DNA of 64,000 bases. It comes from Eledone cirrhosa. Taxonomy: Eukaryota. The notes under the pieces are model-generated. The model worked only from the letters and a program-made list of their open reading frames with translations, did no database searches and was not told the DNA's origin. Position 1 is the stretch's first letter, and every line of letters begins with the position of its first letter. The stretch lies in NCBI GenBank assembly GCA_964016885.1, contig OZ024752.1, forward strand, positions 8,060,001-8,124,000, in the 5' to 3' direction. The position numbers and the translations under genes are program-made. Positions 62,343-64,000 of this stretch are shown piece after piece.

Positions 62343-62495
62343 TGGTTGGCGTTATGAAGGGCATCCAGCTGTAGAAAACCAGCCAGAAACACCCCTATAT
62401 GGGCGAGACATGGTCACCTGACACAACTTACCTCAAAATAGGACCCGTTTAACCCATACTAGCGTGGAAGATGGACGCTAATCGATGATGATGAT
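62343..62495 (+). mobile_element. SINE family C 3' half
   Basis: GGTTGGCGTTATGAAGGGCATCCAGCTGTAG..AACCCATACTAGCGTGG..(GAT)n. Confidence 0.85.
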
Positions 62496-62505
62496 TACTC
62501 TATAT

Positions 62506-62655
62506 CAGAGGTTCTCAAACTTTTGTCCCGTTCCCCCTCACATAATACCCTCAGTGCCCCCAATATGTATCATTTGATATTTAATACACTATCATATCTA
62601 CCGCCCACCACCCCCTGGGCCGCCTCGTTGGGAGATAAAAGCTTGAGAACCACTG
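62506..62655. mobile_element. 150-bp hAT (Charlie/MER5-like) MITE
   Basis: TIRs CAGAGGTTCTCAAAC / GCTTGAGAACCACTG (13/15); TSD degenerate. Confidence 0.8.
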
Positions 62656-63240
62656 TACTAAATATTTCTATTTAAAAAATGAACAATGTTGATATTAAAA
62701 TCCTGTTTCGACCTGTATAATGACCTATATAGAAACTTTTAAAAACTGATCGTGATAGAGAAACAATAGGGGAACATGGTTATCATGGACTGGGTGGTGC
62801 TATTTATGGCTGTGTTTCACTCCCAGACAATTTTCCTAGCACAAGTCCTTTTAGTCCTCTTTTACAACACACATGGATACGGTGTACCTAGTTTAAATAC
62901 CAACATATAAATGGTTAGAAAGAATGCTTATAGCAACAACAACAAAAATGAAAGAAAAATACAGAATATTGATATTATTAAAAGCCTTTTTGACCTGATA
63001 ATGGACTATATTCAAAATTGTTATCATATCTTTAAATATTTAATCATAATAGAGAAATGATATGGCAACACTTATTAAGTCTCTCATTACCATATTCCTA
63101 AATAATGATAATACCTATGGCAACATTATCGTCATAAATGGATTTTTCTGAAATCCAGTATCGAAGAAGTCGAATGGTCATTTGAATATTCCTTTAATAG
63201 TGGAATTTTGGGAACCTACAGACCATTCTGGTTCCAAATA

Positions 63241-63276
<36 letters not shown>

Positions 63277-63318
63277 AATTCAAAATATTAACAAAATAGA
63301 TATTCTTGTGATCAAGTA

Positions 63319-63385
63319 TATTTTATTATACATATTTCAGAGGTACTGAGTTAAGTTCAACAGTACGTCCTCATCAGATAAAATA
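63319..63385 (-). ncRNA. Type I hammerhead ribozyme motif
   Basis: Minus strand: stem I TATTTTAT/ATAAAATA, CTGATGA, stem II GGACGTACTG/CAGTACCTCT, GAAA, stem III ATA-TG-TAT, AUA cleavage triplet. Confidence 0.75.
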
Positions 63386-64000
63386 AGATGATGCATGACA
63401 TACCCTGACATACTAGATGGTTAAGATTCAGTCATTGTAGTGAGTAATATATGACAAAACTCAATATTTATACCTTAATATTGAGAACATGAGAAAAATA
63501 TATAATACATACAATAGAGAGGTGCGTGTAATACAGCTTAAAAAATACATGGCATCAATATAACTGTTATAAAAATTTAAATTACTGAAGAAAGAGGAAA
63601 GAAAGGAAAGCATAGAGGAAGAAACAGCTGATGGGATAATATAGTTAGTAGATGCCTCGAAAGACAAAAGAGAGATGATTAAAGAGAGAGAGAGAGAGAC
63701 AAAGGGGAATAATTTATGTTCAAGTTTATAGACAATTATCCATATATAAAATATATATCTAAACTTATTTGGTTGACCGTTAATATTCAAAATATTTAAT
63801 TTAAGTTAGTTCAGAGTAATGAATAATATTTTAGGTTTTAAAAGTTAATAGGTATCAGTATTAATATTATAGTATACTATCAAGTTTCATTTTTAAAATT
63901 CAAATTTTATGAAATCAAATTTAAAGGATTTACAAACACGAGAAAGAAAATATGTTTTTTATAACCTCACAAAGGTAAACTTTACCAAAATTATTTATAA

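Overview
AT-rich, repeat-dense eukaryotic DNA, not prokaryotic. The mix of tRNA-derived SINEs, RTE-type (GAT)n tails and long micro/minisatellites suggests an octopus or other coleoid cephalopod (inference from repeat style only). No intact protein-coding ORF is present; every long ORF in the track is a read-through of a tandem repeat. The window holds about 15 copies of a TTAA-flanked piggyBac-like MITE, a second TTAA MITE family, three SINE families, Charlie/Buster-type hAT MITEs and a transposase relic, non-autonomous Helitrons, RTE/CR1/Penelope LINE relics and about 20 minisatellites. Several of the minisatellites are visibly amplified from inside transposons. A minus-strand host gene may start at a TATA promoter near 19.6 kb, with a candidate coding exon at 1138-1239; the product is not recognised. 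The most notable hidden signals are two complete type I hammerhead-ribozyme folds (49093-49204 +, 63319-63385 -), a foldback centred on a third hammerhead core (56413-56540), two hAT MITEs stacked in one 8-bp target next to an array of that same target motif, and a SINE>Helitron>SINE nest. All were read by eye; element boundaries and copy numbers are approximate unless tied to a quoted motif.
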